A DNA stretch of 64,000 nucleotides, from the NCBI GenBank assembly GCA_964036045.1, contig OZ038378.1, forward strand, positions 195,920,001-195,984,000, in the 5' to 3' direction. This document shows, piece by piece, positions 38,990 through 51,032 of the stretch. The notes beneath the pieces are model-generated. The model was not told where the DNA came from. It searched no databases and saw only the letters and a list, made by a program, of their open reading frames with translations. Position 1 is the stretch's first letter. Every line of letters begins with the position of its first letter. The DNA is from Eutreptiella sp. 'Long Island Sound 2002'. Lineage: Eukaryota; Protista; Euglenida. The position numbers and the translations under genes were made by a program.

Positions 38990-39390
38990 GCTATATCATA
39001 TAGTATGTACAGTATCTACAGGATCTATAGTCTCTGCAGTACCTACAGTACCCATGGTGTCGGAGCTATGTATAGTGGCTACACAGTATCTACAGTATCT
39101 GAGGTAGCTATGGCATGAATGTGGTATCTGCAGTTTCTACACTATTTGTAGTATCGGTAGTGCCTATGATATCTCTACTGTGTACAATGTCTACACTGCT
39201 ATCTATCTACTACAGTATCTGCAGTATTTACTATCTCCAGTATCCACAGTATCTACAGCATGTCCCATGGCTACTTTGTCTACACTATCTACAGCATTTT
39301 GGAGTATCTACATTATGTACAGTTTCACCAGCATATACCATATTTACAACACCTGCAATATCTACAGTATCGTACAGCATTTGCATTGTG
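38990..39390. repeat. Degenerate (TATCTACAG)n-type minisatellite
   Basis: Recurrent TATCTACAG / TATCTGCAG units. Confidence 0.75.
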
Positions 39391-39769
39391 TACAGAGCAT
39401 ATGTACCATGCATTTTTATGAATCGGTGCTGTCAATGTACACCAAACCACTCTTCTTGTAGATCGCAGAACTGTAGGGCACAGGTGGCTGGGCTGATGTG
39501 TGCTGGGCTTGGCTGGGCTGGGCAAGACAGGGCAAAGCAGGGAGGGCTGGATTGCTGGGCAGCGCATGGCAGGGCAGGTAGAGGCAGCACAGCACAAGGC
39601 AGGAGGGCTCTGCAGAAGGTATGGGATAGCACATTTGATCCTTTTGTCTTCCGAACAACGCCTTGCAGTTTGGTCGCTATTATGGTCTGCACGAAGGGTT
39701 CAGCCACTGTTGGCTTGGTCCTCCGCCGCTTTTCAAGCGCTTGTTTGCCTCCCATGCGTTGTTTTGCCG

Positions 39770-39905
39770 TCGGTAGTGCGCGATTTTACCGTCGATTTTG
39801 CGTTGTTTTCTCGTTGGTTTTGCATTGTTTTGCCTTCGGTATTGCGCTGTTTTGCCGTCGGTTTTGCGTTGTTTCCCCGTCTGTTTTGCGCTGTTTTGCC
39901 GAAGG
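39770..39905. repeat. ~21-bp tandem repeat
   Basis: About 6-7 units resembling GTTTTGCGCTGTTTTGCCGTCG. Confidence 0.75.
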
Positions 39906-40074
39906 CTGCAAATGAAGAAGTGATATTGCTTTACTGTTATTGCAGTTAAGTGATTGTGCAAGTTTTACAGTCAAGGACCTCTCCAAACAGAGTGCTGTAT
40001 CTGAGTTAGGCTTGTTCACCTTACATGCCTGTCTTTACTCCGGTTGCCGAAATGAGTTTATTTCTATTGATGAC

Positions 40075-40245
40075 GTGCATTTCATTGGAATTTGTGTGAA
40101 AACGGGTTTAGAAAGGGTGTTTAGTTAAGTTTGAGGGGTTTGGCCCACGCATTGGGGGTGTTGCCTGGACCGTGCGCGTGCCAAGAATTATTTAGGGGAT
40201 TGTTTGTTCCCTGGATCCACAATACCTGAATCAGAGTTGCCCTCC
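40075..40245. repeat. 171-bp dispersed repeat, copy 2
   Basis: Same boundaries and length as 3011-3181. Confidence 0.9.
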
Positions 40246-41097
40246 TGGGCTGCCTGGGCTACCTGTGTACTACCACCGTTCCACTGGGGAGAGGGTGCCA
40301 GCAAGAGCTGCAAGGGGCAGAAATTAGGATTCTGGGACCTGTGACAAGCATCAGACTAAAAATTAAAAATTCCTGGTATGTGAGCAAGCGCCACAGGGTG
40401 CAGAAATTGGGACCCTGGGTGTGGTTCTGTGGGGGACGTTCAACGGGGTAACAGTTGGGTAAACATTCCAAAAAGATTGAACAGTGCGCGCACCGTGCAA
40501 CAACACCCCCATTGTACACACAACTGCTTTGCAACGATGTTGCTGTGCTCCGCTTCTTCACCGCTTCTACTCCTTTATTGGTGGTGGTTGGACTACAATA
40601 ATGGGGAATCACCTAGGGACGAGTGCATTCATTCCTCTTTGCTCTGGAGTTGGTGGTCTGAAAGATTGTCACCTTACAATCGCAATCCCCACTTTGTTGT
40701 GATACCCTACACCCATGGCATGCCCATATGCTCAAATGCCGGGTCCTTGTTTGATGTGGATAGCAAGAAGCTGCCAGCAAGAGGTAGTGGTAGTTCTGTA
40801 TTAGTGTATAAGGGATTCAGCTGGGGAGGAATCTTAGTCATGCGTCGACTGATGGTTACCATAGTGATGAGGAAGACCTTGGGGTGGTGGATGCAGGTTG
40901 GGTGGCGAAGGGGTTTAGGAAGTTGGGTAGGGTGAGGTTGGCAAATGAGTTGTGGAATCAGCATTAATGGATCTGCAACACTTAGGGGGTGGCAGAGAGT
41001 AAGCGGGTGGGGTATGAGGTCCGGGGGGCTGCATGCTCCGGGTCTGTTGTGCACCTGTTCCCTGTAACTCCCATTTGCACACACTACAGTGGGCGCG

Positions 41098-42181
41098 ATG
41101 GTCTTTTTCCTGCTTCTTATCGCATATGGACTCCTGTGGATCGTGCCACCCCTCTTCCAAGTGCTGCACGGGTGCCATCGCAGAAGTGCAGCCGCCACTG
41201 CAGTGCAGCCGCCAAAGGCGCTGCAGCTTCTCAAGGCGCTGCAGCTTCTCAAACTGCTACTCAGTGCTCACACTGTTTCAATGAGCATGTCTGCCGTCAG
41301 CTCATATCTTTCCAGTGATTATTTTGAGCTCGTGATCGCCGCGGTCCTGCTGGTCCTGAGCCTCGTCGTGCTTGGGTCCCTCTGGTGGACCCCATCCCCC
41401 ATCAGCCTGCGGTGCCGGGCCTTCGTCGCCGCCGTCACGTTCGTGGCCTGGCCTGCCTTTCTCTTCGCGAAGGAAGCGGCATTGCCTCAGCTCCTCGGCG
41501 TCGTCGTTGCGCATGGCCTGGCCTCGTTCGTGACCGCGATGATGCGCTGTCCCCCGATGTACTGCGTGCTGCTCACCCTCGGGGCCATTGTCGTGCCCGC
41601 CTTCTTCGGTCTGGATGGCGCCCCCCCCGCCAACACCCCGTACCCTGCGCTGAAGGCCCTGACCGTGCTGATCCTGCCGGTCCTGCTCTTGGGCAGCAGT
41701 GCGTGCCACTACGTGCGGGGCCTCCACACGAGGCTGGAGTCCTTGAGCGCCGATGAGCAGGCCATCCGAGAGGACCTCGTCTACGTGCTAACGTGCCTCA
41801 GGCTCACCAAAGACGCGATGGCGGACGCGGCGCCTGATGACTTGTTGGAGGCCATCCTGGCGCTGCGGGCCCCAGTCTCGCAATTCCCGTGCCACGGCGA
41901 CCGCCGCGGTGACGCAGGGATCGTGGACTCCCTCCCCTGGCCCTCCGTCTTCAACTTGGCGGAGCTCCTGACCGCCGTTGCCGAGCAGGCGGCGGGCGTC
42001 CGCATCTTGCTGCACACGACGTTCTCAGAGACGGATATGTTCTCGGGCCCCAAACGCCAGATACAGCAGGCGTTGGCGATCCTGATCGGGAATGCCACCC
42101 GGGCCAAGCGCGCCGGCACCGTGATGCTGTCCGCAGACTGCGCAATCTCCACTGGCACGACGGACCCCGTGGCTGTCACAG
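41098..42181 (+). CDS. Hybrid histidine-kinase-like membrane protein, 5' exon(s): 5-6 TM helices, degenerate HisKA, N-terminal half of HATPase
   Basis: Hydrophobic helices (e.g. YFELVIAAVLLVLSLVVLGSLWW, ALTVLILPVLLLGSSAC) are followed by a coiled region and an N-box-like PKRQIQQALAILIGNATRA...GTVMLSADC. The exon ends CAG|GT at 42181/42182 (phase 1). A 144-nt in-frame GT-AG intron at 41172-41315 is possible. Confidence 0.75.
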
Positions 42182-43544
42182 GTCCACAAACCCGATACAG
42201 CAGCGAGCTGCAGAGTGGCCGTCGGTTTCCCCCCAAACGCCGTCGGTTACCCTCCGCCCGCCCCCCTTTGCAATTTGCCCCCAACTTCCTCTTTTGGGGT
42301 CAATTAATTGTCTAATTTTGCGAAATTTCAGCCGTTCTTGTGGCTTGTGGGTGCAAATCACCTCGAAGAGAGGTTGTTAGATCAAGCGCAGGCGCAGGCG
42401 TTGTATACCCCCCTTTTTGGGGTTGTTCGCGCAGCATACCCCACTTTGTGGTATCGGATGTCCGACCCCTTGGTCTCATCCTCATTTTGGGACAGAACAT
42501 GATCCTCCAATGAATTTTTTGATTTTGATCCCCCCTGCCCCCCCCCGTTACCCGGGTACCCCTTTTTGGGAGGGCGGGGGGGTGTCAAAACTTCTTTGCA
42601 TATTGCGGCCGCTGTGTGTGGCTTTGGACCTGGGTCCTGACAACTTTTTTCTTGTATGTGGACCCCCTAACCCATGGCGGGGTCCCGGGTCCAAACTCCA
42701 GGTACCCCCGGCCCGCCCCCCTGTGGGCCCGTGTAGCCAGGGCCATGGGCCCTGAAACCCCCAATATTGCTGTTTGTAGGCGGTTCAGTGGCACCTGATG
42801 TGCGCACAAAGTGCATAAGCAGCTTACCACCCCCTACAGCTCAAAAATGGAAACCACCACGCAGAGGTCGTTAGATCAAAGCCAGGTGGGCCTGCACATA
42901 GGGGAAAACACCACATACCCCCTGGTTTTGGGCCTTGTTGGGCCTATTCGGGTACCCTACCCTGAGAGTTTATTTGTTGGTAAATTGTAAAATCATTATT
43001 TTGTCTGATAAACACATCCCCCAACGAGTTTGTGGTCCAGACCCCGCTAGACCCCCTGCCCCTCCCATTTGAAATCCACTTTTTCGAGGCGTCATGAGGG
43101 GTGGGGGGGGGGGCGTCAAAAATGTTGAAAAAATGACACCCGCCTTTTTTATGTTGAAAATCATGAATCTTTTGTTTTTTTTCGAATTTGAGCCGAAAAA
43201 CTGTTTTCAGGTACCAACCCCATGGGGTTTGTAGGAACAGAGTGGGACGGGCGCTTATGCAGTTTATGCACTTTTCAGCCATTTTTGCTTTCTCGGCGGT
43301 TTTGGCGACCTTGGCAGGCCCGTGGTACCCACTCCGAGGGGTGCAAGCAGGGATGTTGTGACAGTATATGCTTACTAGGATACAAAAGGACGCAGCCTAT
43401 AACCTTCCCCAGGGCTGGTCATGGCTCATGTAAAAGATGTAAAATAATTGTTTCTGCTAATCATGGCGACATGTGTGCATGGAGTTTTTCACCCTGTACA
43501 ACTCAAGAATCGAAGTTTCCGAAACTTAGTTTTTTGATATCGTG

Positions 43545-44245
43545 GCCACTCACAATGATCACCCAAGCTATGTGAAGCATGTTCTAGGTAGTATTCATGT
43601 GGTTTTCACCCCATTTGGGTATTTGGTGTGGGAGGTCTCCCAATGGACTGGTACACAACCTGCTTCTGTAGTTTTCACACTGTACATGTCAAAAATCGAA
43701 GTTTGCGAAACTTACTTTGTGGATATCTTGGCCACTCACAATGGCCATCCAAGCTATGCAAAGCATGTTTTAGGCAGCATTTATGTGTTTTTTCCGGGTC
43801 TTCGGTGTGTGTGTCACTTGGGTGTGCATTGCTCGGGGTAGATTCTCCAATAGAATTTTTCGGAACTTTTTTTTGTTATTGTTGTTTTTGTTAACCATTC
43901 ACAATGATCAAATATCCTATGTAAAGCATGTTTTAGACTCTTTTTTCTGCGTTTTTCACCCTATTTGGGTGTTTGGACGGGGGCAAGGGGCTGGGGCACC
44001 ACCTGTTGATGCAGCGTTCCACCCTTTGCAACTTAAAATGGAAATTTCCGAAAACAATTTTTCTGATATTGTGACCATTCACAATGATCAAATATCCTAT
44101 TTAAAGCATGTTTAAGACCCTCTTCATGTGTCCTCCCCCCTATTAGGGTGTTTGGACGGGGGCAAGGGGCTGGGGCACAACCTGCTTATGCAGCTTTCCA
44201 CCCTCTACAGCTCAAAAATGGAAATTTCCGAAACCAATTTTTTTT
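43545..44245. repeat. ~180-bp tandem array (2 well conserved + 2 degenerate units)
   Basis: CCATTCACAATGATCAAATATCCTAT...GGACGGGGGCAAGGGGCTGGGGCAC...GGAAATTTCCGAAA at ~43897 and ~44076. Degenerate copies at ~43545 and ~43730. The unit resumes at ~44939. Confidence 0.75.
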
Positions 44246-44261
44246 TGATATTCTGACCATC

Positions 44262-44936
44262 CTTGAGTTGGGGTGATGGACTCCCAGAATTCAGTGTGGC
44301 CCCTTGAGTTGGGGTGATGGGGGCAAGAATGGGAGCTGAATGATGAGGAGGTAGCAGCGGTGGACTTACAGGTGGCTGCTAGCCCTAATGAAGTGTCCTC
44401 TGCAGTTCACCTAGGTTGTTCTGGGATAAGTATTCAACCACAACAGAGTTCCAACACCCATGGGGCAAAAAAAAATGCTGAGCAGGCGTCCTCATCCACG
44501 CCATACCCTTCCCTGAGGGTAAGGAAGCTGCAACCCTGACAGTAGCAATGGCGGAGTACTGACTTCACCAAGTAGAAGCCTTCCTTAGCCATTTCTTCGG
44601 TGTTCCTGTCATAGAGAGTTTCTTTCCAGAGAAAGCCTAAGGATTGGCGCTATTTCAGAGTCTCACCCTCGAGACTCACTCCCTTCTCCTTTCATGTCTT
44701 TGACCTATGGTGGATTGTGGCAAGCATTGGGCTGTGTGTGTAGGGGCACACCCTAGGCTTTCCACATTTTGCATGATGGCTTATGTGAAGGGAAGGTAGC
44801 TTGCATTTGTCTTCAAATAGGCTACTTTGGGTGACCTAAATTTAGGGGTGTTTGGAAGGGGTGTGCCCAGGGGCTCTTCGAGGAGAACCTAGTCTAAAAG
44901 TAGCGCGCAGTGCACACGCGGTGCAAGGACTCCCCC
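44262..44936 (-). mobile_element. Truncated relative of the 356-1143 Harbinger-type element
   Basis: The reverse complement of ~44770-44936 aligns with ~356-540 (GGGGGA..CTTGCAC...CTACTTTTAGACTA...TTAGGTGACCCAAA...CTACCTTCCCTT). It interrupts the 180-bp array. The second terminus is not recognisable. Confidence 0.65.
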
Positions 44937-45094
44937 AAAATATCCTATCTAAAGCATGTTTAAGACCCTCTTTATGCATTTTTTAGGCCTCTTGTTGAGA
45001 ACGTGCACGTGGTGAGGTTGCCTAGCTGAGCTACAACTTTCTCGTCTCTTGCTTTGACGCTTCTGTGTCCCCCTTTTCCTTCGCCTGTGCGCCT

Positions 45095-45725
45095 TGAGCA
45101 CGATGGGTGACCCCGAGGGGGTGGCCACCCAGTTGGCTACCCTCCTACGGCGCCCCCCGGTCCTTACGGCCATAGGTGCGGTGCGCGCTCCCTTCCTAGC
45201 GGGCGCGCAGCCCGCGAACATCGACGAGGGGGCGGTGTGCAACCGTTTCCGCTCCGAGGGGAGAAAAGTGGGCAGCGGGCCCGCCCAGCCCCCCCCCCCC
45301 CCCTTCTACCGCCGAGCAAGCGATGATCGCTTTGCTGCAGCGTCAGATTGCGTCCCTTGAGGGCGTCATCAACACACCCCGCCGTGAGCTCACAGAATTG
45401 CGGGGCGAACCAGCCCCAGCCCAGAACCTAGCTGCCCCAGGGCGCCGGCTGCCGCGACGATGACAACAACAACCGCTCCAGCAAAGAAAGCGGCCTCCAC
45501 AGCCCGGGCGGCGTCCGGCTGGCAGCTGGCGGGAGGGCCCCCGGAACACCCAGGCGCAGCAATCTTCGGCGCCGCCCGAGCGCCCGGCGCCCCCTCCCTC
45601 GCCTCCCCGGTCCCCCGTGTGGAGAGCCCATGCATGGGCACCAAGCTTTTGAAGGCCCTTGTGGTCCATGGGGCATCGTGGTATTGGCACTGCAGCTCCA
45701 CCAATCGGGACTACATCCTGGCCAT
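45095..45725 (+). mobile_element. Probable LINE ORF1 5' fragment
   Basis: GC-rich, broken frames MGDPEGVATQLATLLRRPPVLTAIG... and MIALLQRQIASLEGVINTPRRELTELRG (coiled-coil-like). Assignment rests on composition and context only. Confidence 0.35.
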
Positions 45726-46239
45726 TGCCTTTTAGTACCAGTGCCTTTGGCACCCTTGCACCACATGCACAAACACACACACATGCACACATGTGCACGC
45801 ACAGGCACACACATGCACATGCACACCCCCTCCATTGGGGGCCCTTGCTCATGGGTTGGCGCATGGGCATGCGGGTCTGCAAGGGGTAGAAGCATGACGG
45901 CTGTCCACAGTCTTCGTGTAGTGCTAAGAGGGAGGAAAGGCCACAACGGTTGGAATGTCCAAACACTGCTGCAGTGTGGGCTGAGCTGCAGATGTGGCCA
46001 ACGGCACCAATGGTTGAAGCGTGCCGCAGCACCTGTTTTTGGGGCCCGTTGGTGGGGATTTGAAAGCATGCTGCAGCATGCCACAGCACACTGAAAATTG
46101 GGTTGCAATTTTTTTGGGAAAAAAGTCTTGGACCGAAATATCAATTCCATCTCTGAGCAGTCATTTGGCAAAGATGGCCTGTACTCTAGTGGCCAAATGG
46201 TGCATCTGTGATTGAGAGGTCTATGGTTCAATTCTTGTG

Positions 46240-49200
46240 ATTGGCGACGTGCAGCAAACTAGGTACGTCAGCGGTCAACGGAGCTTGGAGCACCGCAACG
46301 GGTGCATTTGCCGGTTGGGGCACCTCCCCGTCACCCCTTCGCTTCCTCGCAGCCCGGCTGGGCACACGAGGACATGAAAGTAACCCGGGGCAACATCGTC
46401 CTCAGGGGGGTGGGGGGCGTCGAGGAGGGGTCTACCCCCCCCCCCTAGACACCGCCGGGTGGTGCGAGCTATGCCTCGGCGACACAGTCCGCGCCTTGGG
46501 GATCCCGCTCGGGCGCGGTTCGGGTGGTGGCGGCCGCTAGTCGCGCCAAGGCAATGCCCCCGCCGGTGCAGCCCACAACGGCTACCCTCTAGGCCTTGCT
46601 GCCCTCAACGACGGCGGTGCAGCCGCACCGCCTCTACAAGGGTGAGTCCCGGGACACGATCCGGGAATGGGGCATCACCCAGGTCACCCCTAGGCGCCAC
46701 CCGGCGGAGTGGAGGCAGCCCTCGTAGGAGGGAACCCTGCGGTGCGTGGTCCTAGTGGGATGCCTGGTCCATGAGGCCCACCTGGCGGCTGTGGCCGCCA
46801 TCACGGCGCACAACGGCGCCGAGCGGGTCACTGCGCTGGTGCACGTCCAGGGGGGCAGCAAGGCGGCCCCCACCGTGGAGACCCTGCTGCAGGCCCTCCG
46901 CCGCTCCAAGACCAGCCTCGCGATACCAGGAACATCTCTGCAGGGCGTGGTTCGGACCGAGCGCCAACCCTGGGAAACGGCAAACGCGGAGGTGGTGGAC
47001 CCCCCCCCCCCCCCCCCGGGGCACGTGCTGCACCTAGTCTGGGAGTGCCTCCCGGAGGAAGATAAGCGGGAGACGGCCGAGCTCCTAAATGTGGACCCCG
47101 CGCCGCTGGACCCCTTGCCGTCCACGGTTCGTATCGGATGTGTCCTAAACCCGGCAATCCTAGCGGAAGCCAACCTGTGTCGGCTCCATGTTGGCTCGTT
47201 CAGCAAGGACCACGGCGGACCAAGGCGGCACCTCAAGCCGCTGATGGGGGTGGCCCTGCCGCACCCCCTGCCCATGCAGGCGGCGCTGCGAGGGTCGAAG
47301 GTGGAGGTCTCTCCAGACCTCCTGACAGAGGTGACGCCGTTGGTCTTGCATGCCAGCGGCAAAGCCCGGGGTGTCCACTTCCGCCCGTGGATTGTCACTG
47401 GCTCCGTCTGCCAGCACCCCGCGTACGTGTTGTGGTACAAGCAGCCACCAGATCGTTGCGGACCCTCCCCGGAGGTTTGGAAGACGCTGGCCGAGGATCA
47501 GGAGCTCCAGACGCTCTTCGCGGGGCTGGTGGACGGAGGGGCGCTTGGCAACGTGGGGGTGCGCCTCTTGGGGGCCAAGCTAGTGAGCCTTGCGGTGGTG
47601 GCGCACATCGCCAACCTGCTGGGCGCGCCAGCCCCATCCTAGACCACCTCCATTCGAGTCCGGGGCTACCCGGCACAACTGGGTTTGGCGGTGGACGATT
47701 ATACGTAGCTCCAACGCTACGCCAAGGAGGCCTTTGGGTCGGACGTGAACATCCGCGTCCACCGCTGCACCTAGCTGGCCCACAGCACCCTCAACTGGCC
47801 GGTCTTTGACCTGGAGCTGGAGGGGGTGCCTGAGGATTGTCAGGCCGTCCGGCTGGGAGCCCCCGACACCCGCCTCCCTGACCGCCTCTGGGAGTGGACA
47901 ACCCACAGCTCCCGCCGGGGGCAGTACCAACCGGTGGGCCCGAGGGCCCGAATGACGCGCCCGGAGGGGTCGGGCGGAGGATGGTAGCCCGCAGCGGCAA
48001 TGGAGGCCCCGGACCACACGGGTGACTTGGCCATGGCCAACGCGGAGTCGGCAGTGATCAACGTGGATGAGGAGGCCGAGGACATCATTTAATGTTCTTA
48101 GCCCTTCACGTCCTGACCCTCTGTCTGTGGTTGGCAGCCTGCCCACATTGGCCAGTGCCGGTGCCGGTGACGCCGGAAAGAGTGGGAATGGGGGGGGTAG
48201 CACCACAAGCAGGCCCCCTGGTGCCTCACCGGTCACGCCCGGAGCTGGTGGATGTGGTACTGGCGGCGGTTCCTGCACCGGCAGCCTTCCCCCTAGGGCG
48301 GCCTCGGGCACCGGACTCTTTCCCCGGCAGGAGGGTGTCTATACGCCCACAGCCCACGAGGGCGCCCCAGGGTGAGGTAATGGCCCTGAGTCTCTCTGGG
48401 GGGGGGGGGGGGGGGTTCAGGCCTAGGCGGTGGCAGGGGGGCCCACTGCAGAGTGGGGCTGTGGCGGGGTGGCAGGGGACCTAGCTGCCGCACCGGGAAC
48501 ACGTCAAGGGGCTCCTCCCCCCTCCCCCCCCCCGGGTGGGACTGCGATAGAGGACTAGGAGAACAGGGCGTGCCACCTAATGAGGGAGCTGCTTAGGGGG
48601 GGGCGCGGGGCAATTGGGCCCAAACTAGGCCGGTGACCTTCGCCGCCTCCTTGGCCCTGGTGGTGCGGGCCCCTACGGCCCAGGAGTTGCAGCTGACCTG
48701 CAGGCATGCGATGCTACCCCCACTCTAGCCTCTTCCTTCGTACCCTCTGACCCCCGGCAGTGGCATCCATGGGTGGGCCGAGGACTCCCCACCCCCCCTC
48801 CTTGAGCCGGGGTGATAACGATTGTGCCCCCTCCCCCCCCCCCTCCCTGAGAGGGTGGGGTCGGAGCCCCCCCCCCCCCCCTTCCTGCTGCTGCGGCGCG
48901 GTGACGTGCACCCCCACCCGAGGCCGCTGCGTGTGGCGCATGCCAACGTCATGTCCCTGCGCATGCACTGGCACACGGTTGCCGAGTGGCAGGCGGACGT
49001 GGTCCTCCTCTCCAAAACCCGCCTGACGGCAGTCGCCCAACAAGTGATGCGCGCCTAGGTAGGGGTGTCGAGGTGGTAGGCCTTCTGGGGTGCTCCCCTG
49101 CAAACCCCGGGGGGGGGGGGGGCATCTGGGACGCGCCGGCCAAGGGGGTGGGCATCCTTGTGCGCCAAGGCATCGCGGCGAGACAGGTACTCCCGCCCAA

Positions 49201-50050
49201 AGGGGCACCCCACGACGAGGCGGACTCGCTGGCCCAGGCCCTGTGGCACCCCACCCGGTGGTGCCATGTCCTAGTGGGCCTTGGACGGGGGTCGGAGTCC
49301 TTGCACGCCCAGGCGGCTTACGGCGTCTCCTCGCAGCCGGCCCTCAACCGGGCCTTCTGAGACCAAGCCCCCCAGTACGTGGCGCAACACTGGGCGGCCC
49401 CTCAGCTGGTGGGAGGGAACCTCAACTTTGACCTCAACCACCTGCTACGGGCCCCGCCACCCATCCTGGCGGCCCTCCTTGTCCGCCGCCTGGTGGACGC
49501 GGACCTCGAGCTGGCGTCGGCCGCCGGGCGGGCCCCCCTCTGCTCGTACCAAGGACCGGAGGGCACGCGCCCCTCGCGCATCAACGGGCTGCTGGTCGAC
49601 ACGCGGCTGGTGGCGTTACTCCGCACGGCAAAGGTGCTCCCGCGCGGGGCCATACCGGGCCACACCCCGGTTCGCTTCAACCTACACCTAAGGGGGGCCT
49701 CCCAACGCGTGGTGCTGGGACGTACCGGGGCAAGAGTGCCCGCTGCATCTTGTGTAGGAGCCCCTCCGCCAGGTCCAGCACCGGATACGGGACACCCTCC
49801 GCTGCCATTCCTCGCGCCATCTAGAGGCGTGGTGCCCAGTCACCTTCGGGGGTCTGGGGGACGGGGCCGATGGCCCTGCTTGCCGCGCGGCGATGCGGGT
49901 CGCCTCCACGGAGCTGGAGAAGTCGCTGCTACGCGGCCTCATGGCGGGGGCCTTGTGGACGGCGGCGCAGGTGTCCTGCCATGGGATGCGAACCCGTTCG
50001 GCGTGCACCCATTGCAGGGGTGTGCGGCCGCCAAACCGCTGGCGGCACTG
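46240..50050 (+). mobile_element. Decayed LINE: ORF1 (46746-~48090) + APE endonuclease (~48930-49714) + C-terminal zinc-knuckle region; RT deleted
   Basis: APE/EEP motifs: RVAHANVMSL, DVVLLSKTRL, GGNLNFD, SRINGLLVD, GHTPVRF. These are followed within ~340 bp by the C-terminal LLRGLMAGALWT...ACTHC. No RT motifs lie between them. Stops and frameshifts are present. Confidence 0.8.
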
Positions 50051-50149
50051 GCGGGGAAAGTTCGTCTGGTGGTGGCGGGGAAATTTCCCATAATTCCTTA
50101 AGGCTATAATGGGCTTGTTGAAGAGTTGCTGGCTGTCCCGTCACATTGG

Positions 50150-50290
50150 TGGAATTATGGGGAATTATGGGGAATTATGGGGGAATAATGGGGAATTATG
50201 GGGAATTATGGGGGAATTATGGGGAATTATGGGGAATAATTGGGGAATTATGGGAAATTTTGGGGGAATTATGGGGAATTATGGTGGGGA
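50150..50290. repeat. (GGGGAATTAT)n 10-bp tandem repeat
   Basis: About 13 degenerate units, directly visible. Confidence 0.85.
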
Positions 50291-51032
50291 ACACTGGAGG
50301 GATCTTGTTACTTCCTAGTGCACTCTGGATTGATGGTGTTCATTCAATAAGCGGGGGGGGGGGGGGCAATGCGGTCGCCAGGATTGGCAAAAAATGCGGA
50401 AAAATGTGTAAAAAATGCGGAAAATGCGGCAAAAAATGCGATAGAAAATGCGGTTTTGTTAGAACGGCGTATGCCCCCCGAAACCCCTATGTTTATCAAG
50501 ACGCATGTTGATCTGTTGACGCCATCGCTCCATCAATGTGAAGACTATGGCCCCGGCTCAACATGCAAAGCGTGGTAGGGAAGTCTCATCCTTCTATTGT
50601 GGTTCAGTGACATGCGGTCCCCACAATCACGGGGGCGCTCCCAGCCAAGGTTCGGCCCCAAGGGGTGTTTCGGCCCCAAGGGGTCTTTAACCGTTAAAAA
50701 GCTTCACGCAAAAATTTGTTTTCGCAAAGGGTAAAAAAAAAAACCATTTCTGGCCACATGTGATGGTGTGGTCACAGAAAACGGGATATTCACAAAACAA
50801 ACCGCAAAAAAACAATTTTTCCATTTTTGGGGGGGCAAAAACAAATGTTTGCTTAATTCCTAATTTGCTAAATATTAATTGCTTTTCAGCTTCGCAAAAA
50901 ATTGGTACTTTAAAATTTGATTGGTAGCCGTCAGTTGGCTGTCTTTTTTTCTTGGTTCAAACTGTTGTTGCTTGTTCAACCTCCCGATGCTGTTGAGGTT
51001 TACGGGTCGACACAGAATGCTGTGCTCCTCAG

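Larger units (their letters stand above)
42182..51032 (+). other. Predicted 8,851-bp GT-AG intron filled with transposon remnants
   Basis: Donor ACAG|GTCCAC and acceptor GCTCCTCAG|GCGAT are both phase 1. The join gives DPVAVTGDATQLRLCGMGVG and reconstitutes one HATPase fold. Confidence 0.7.

Noticed and set aside
42182-51032. Partial complementarity between the intron ends (AAACC..ACAGCA versus TGCTGT..GGTTT), suggesting an euglenid 'intermediate' stem-loop intron
   Set aside because: Only two short, gapped blocks pair and the register does not fit the +4CAG/-8CTG consensus. Not distinguishable from chance by eye.
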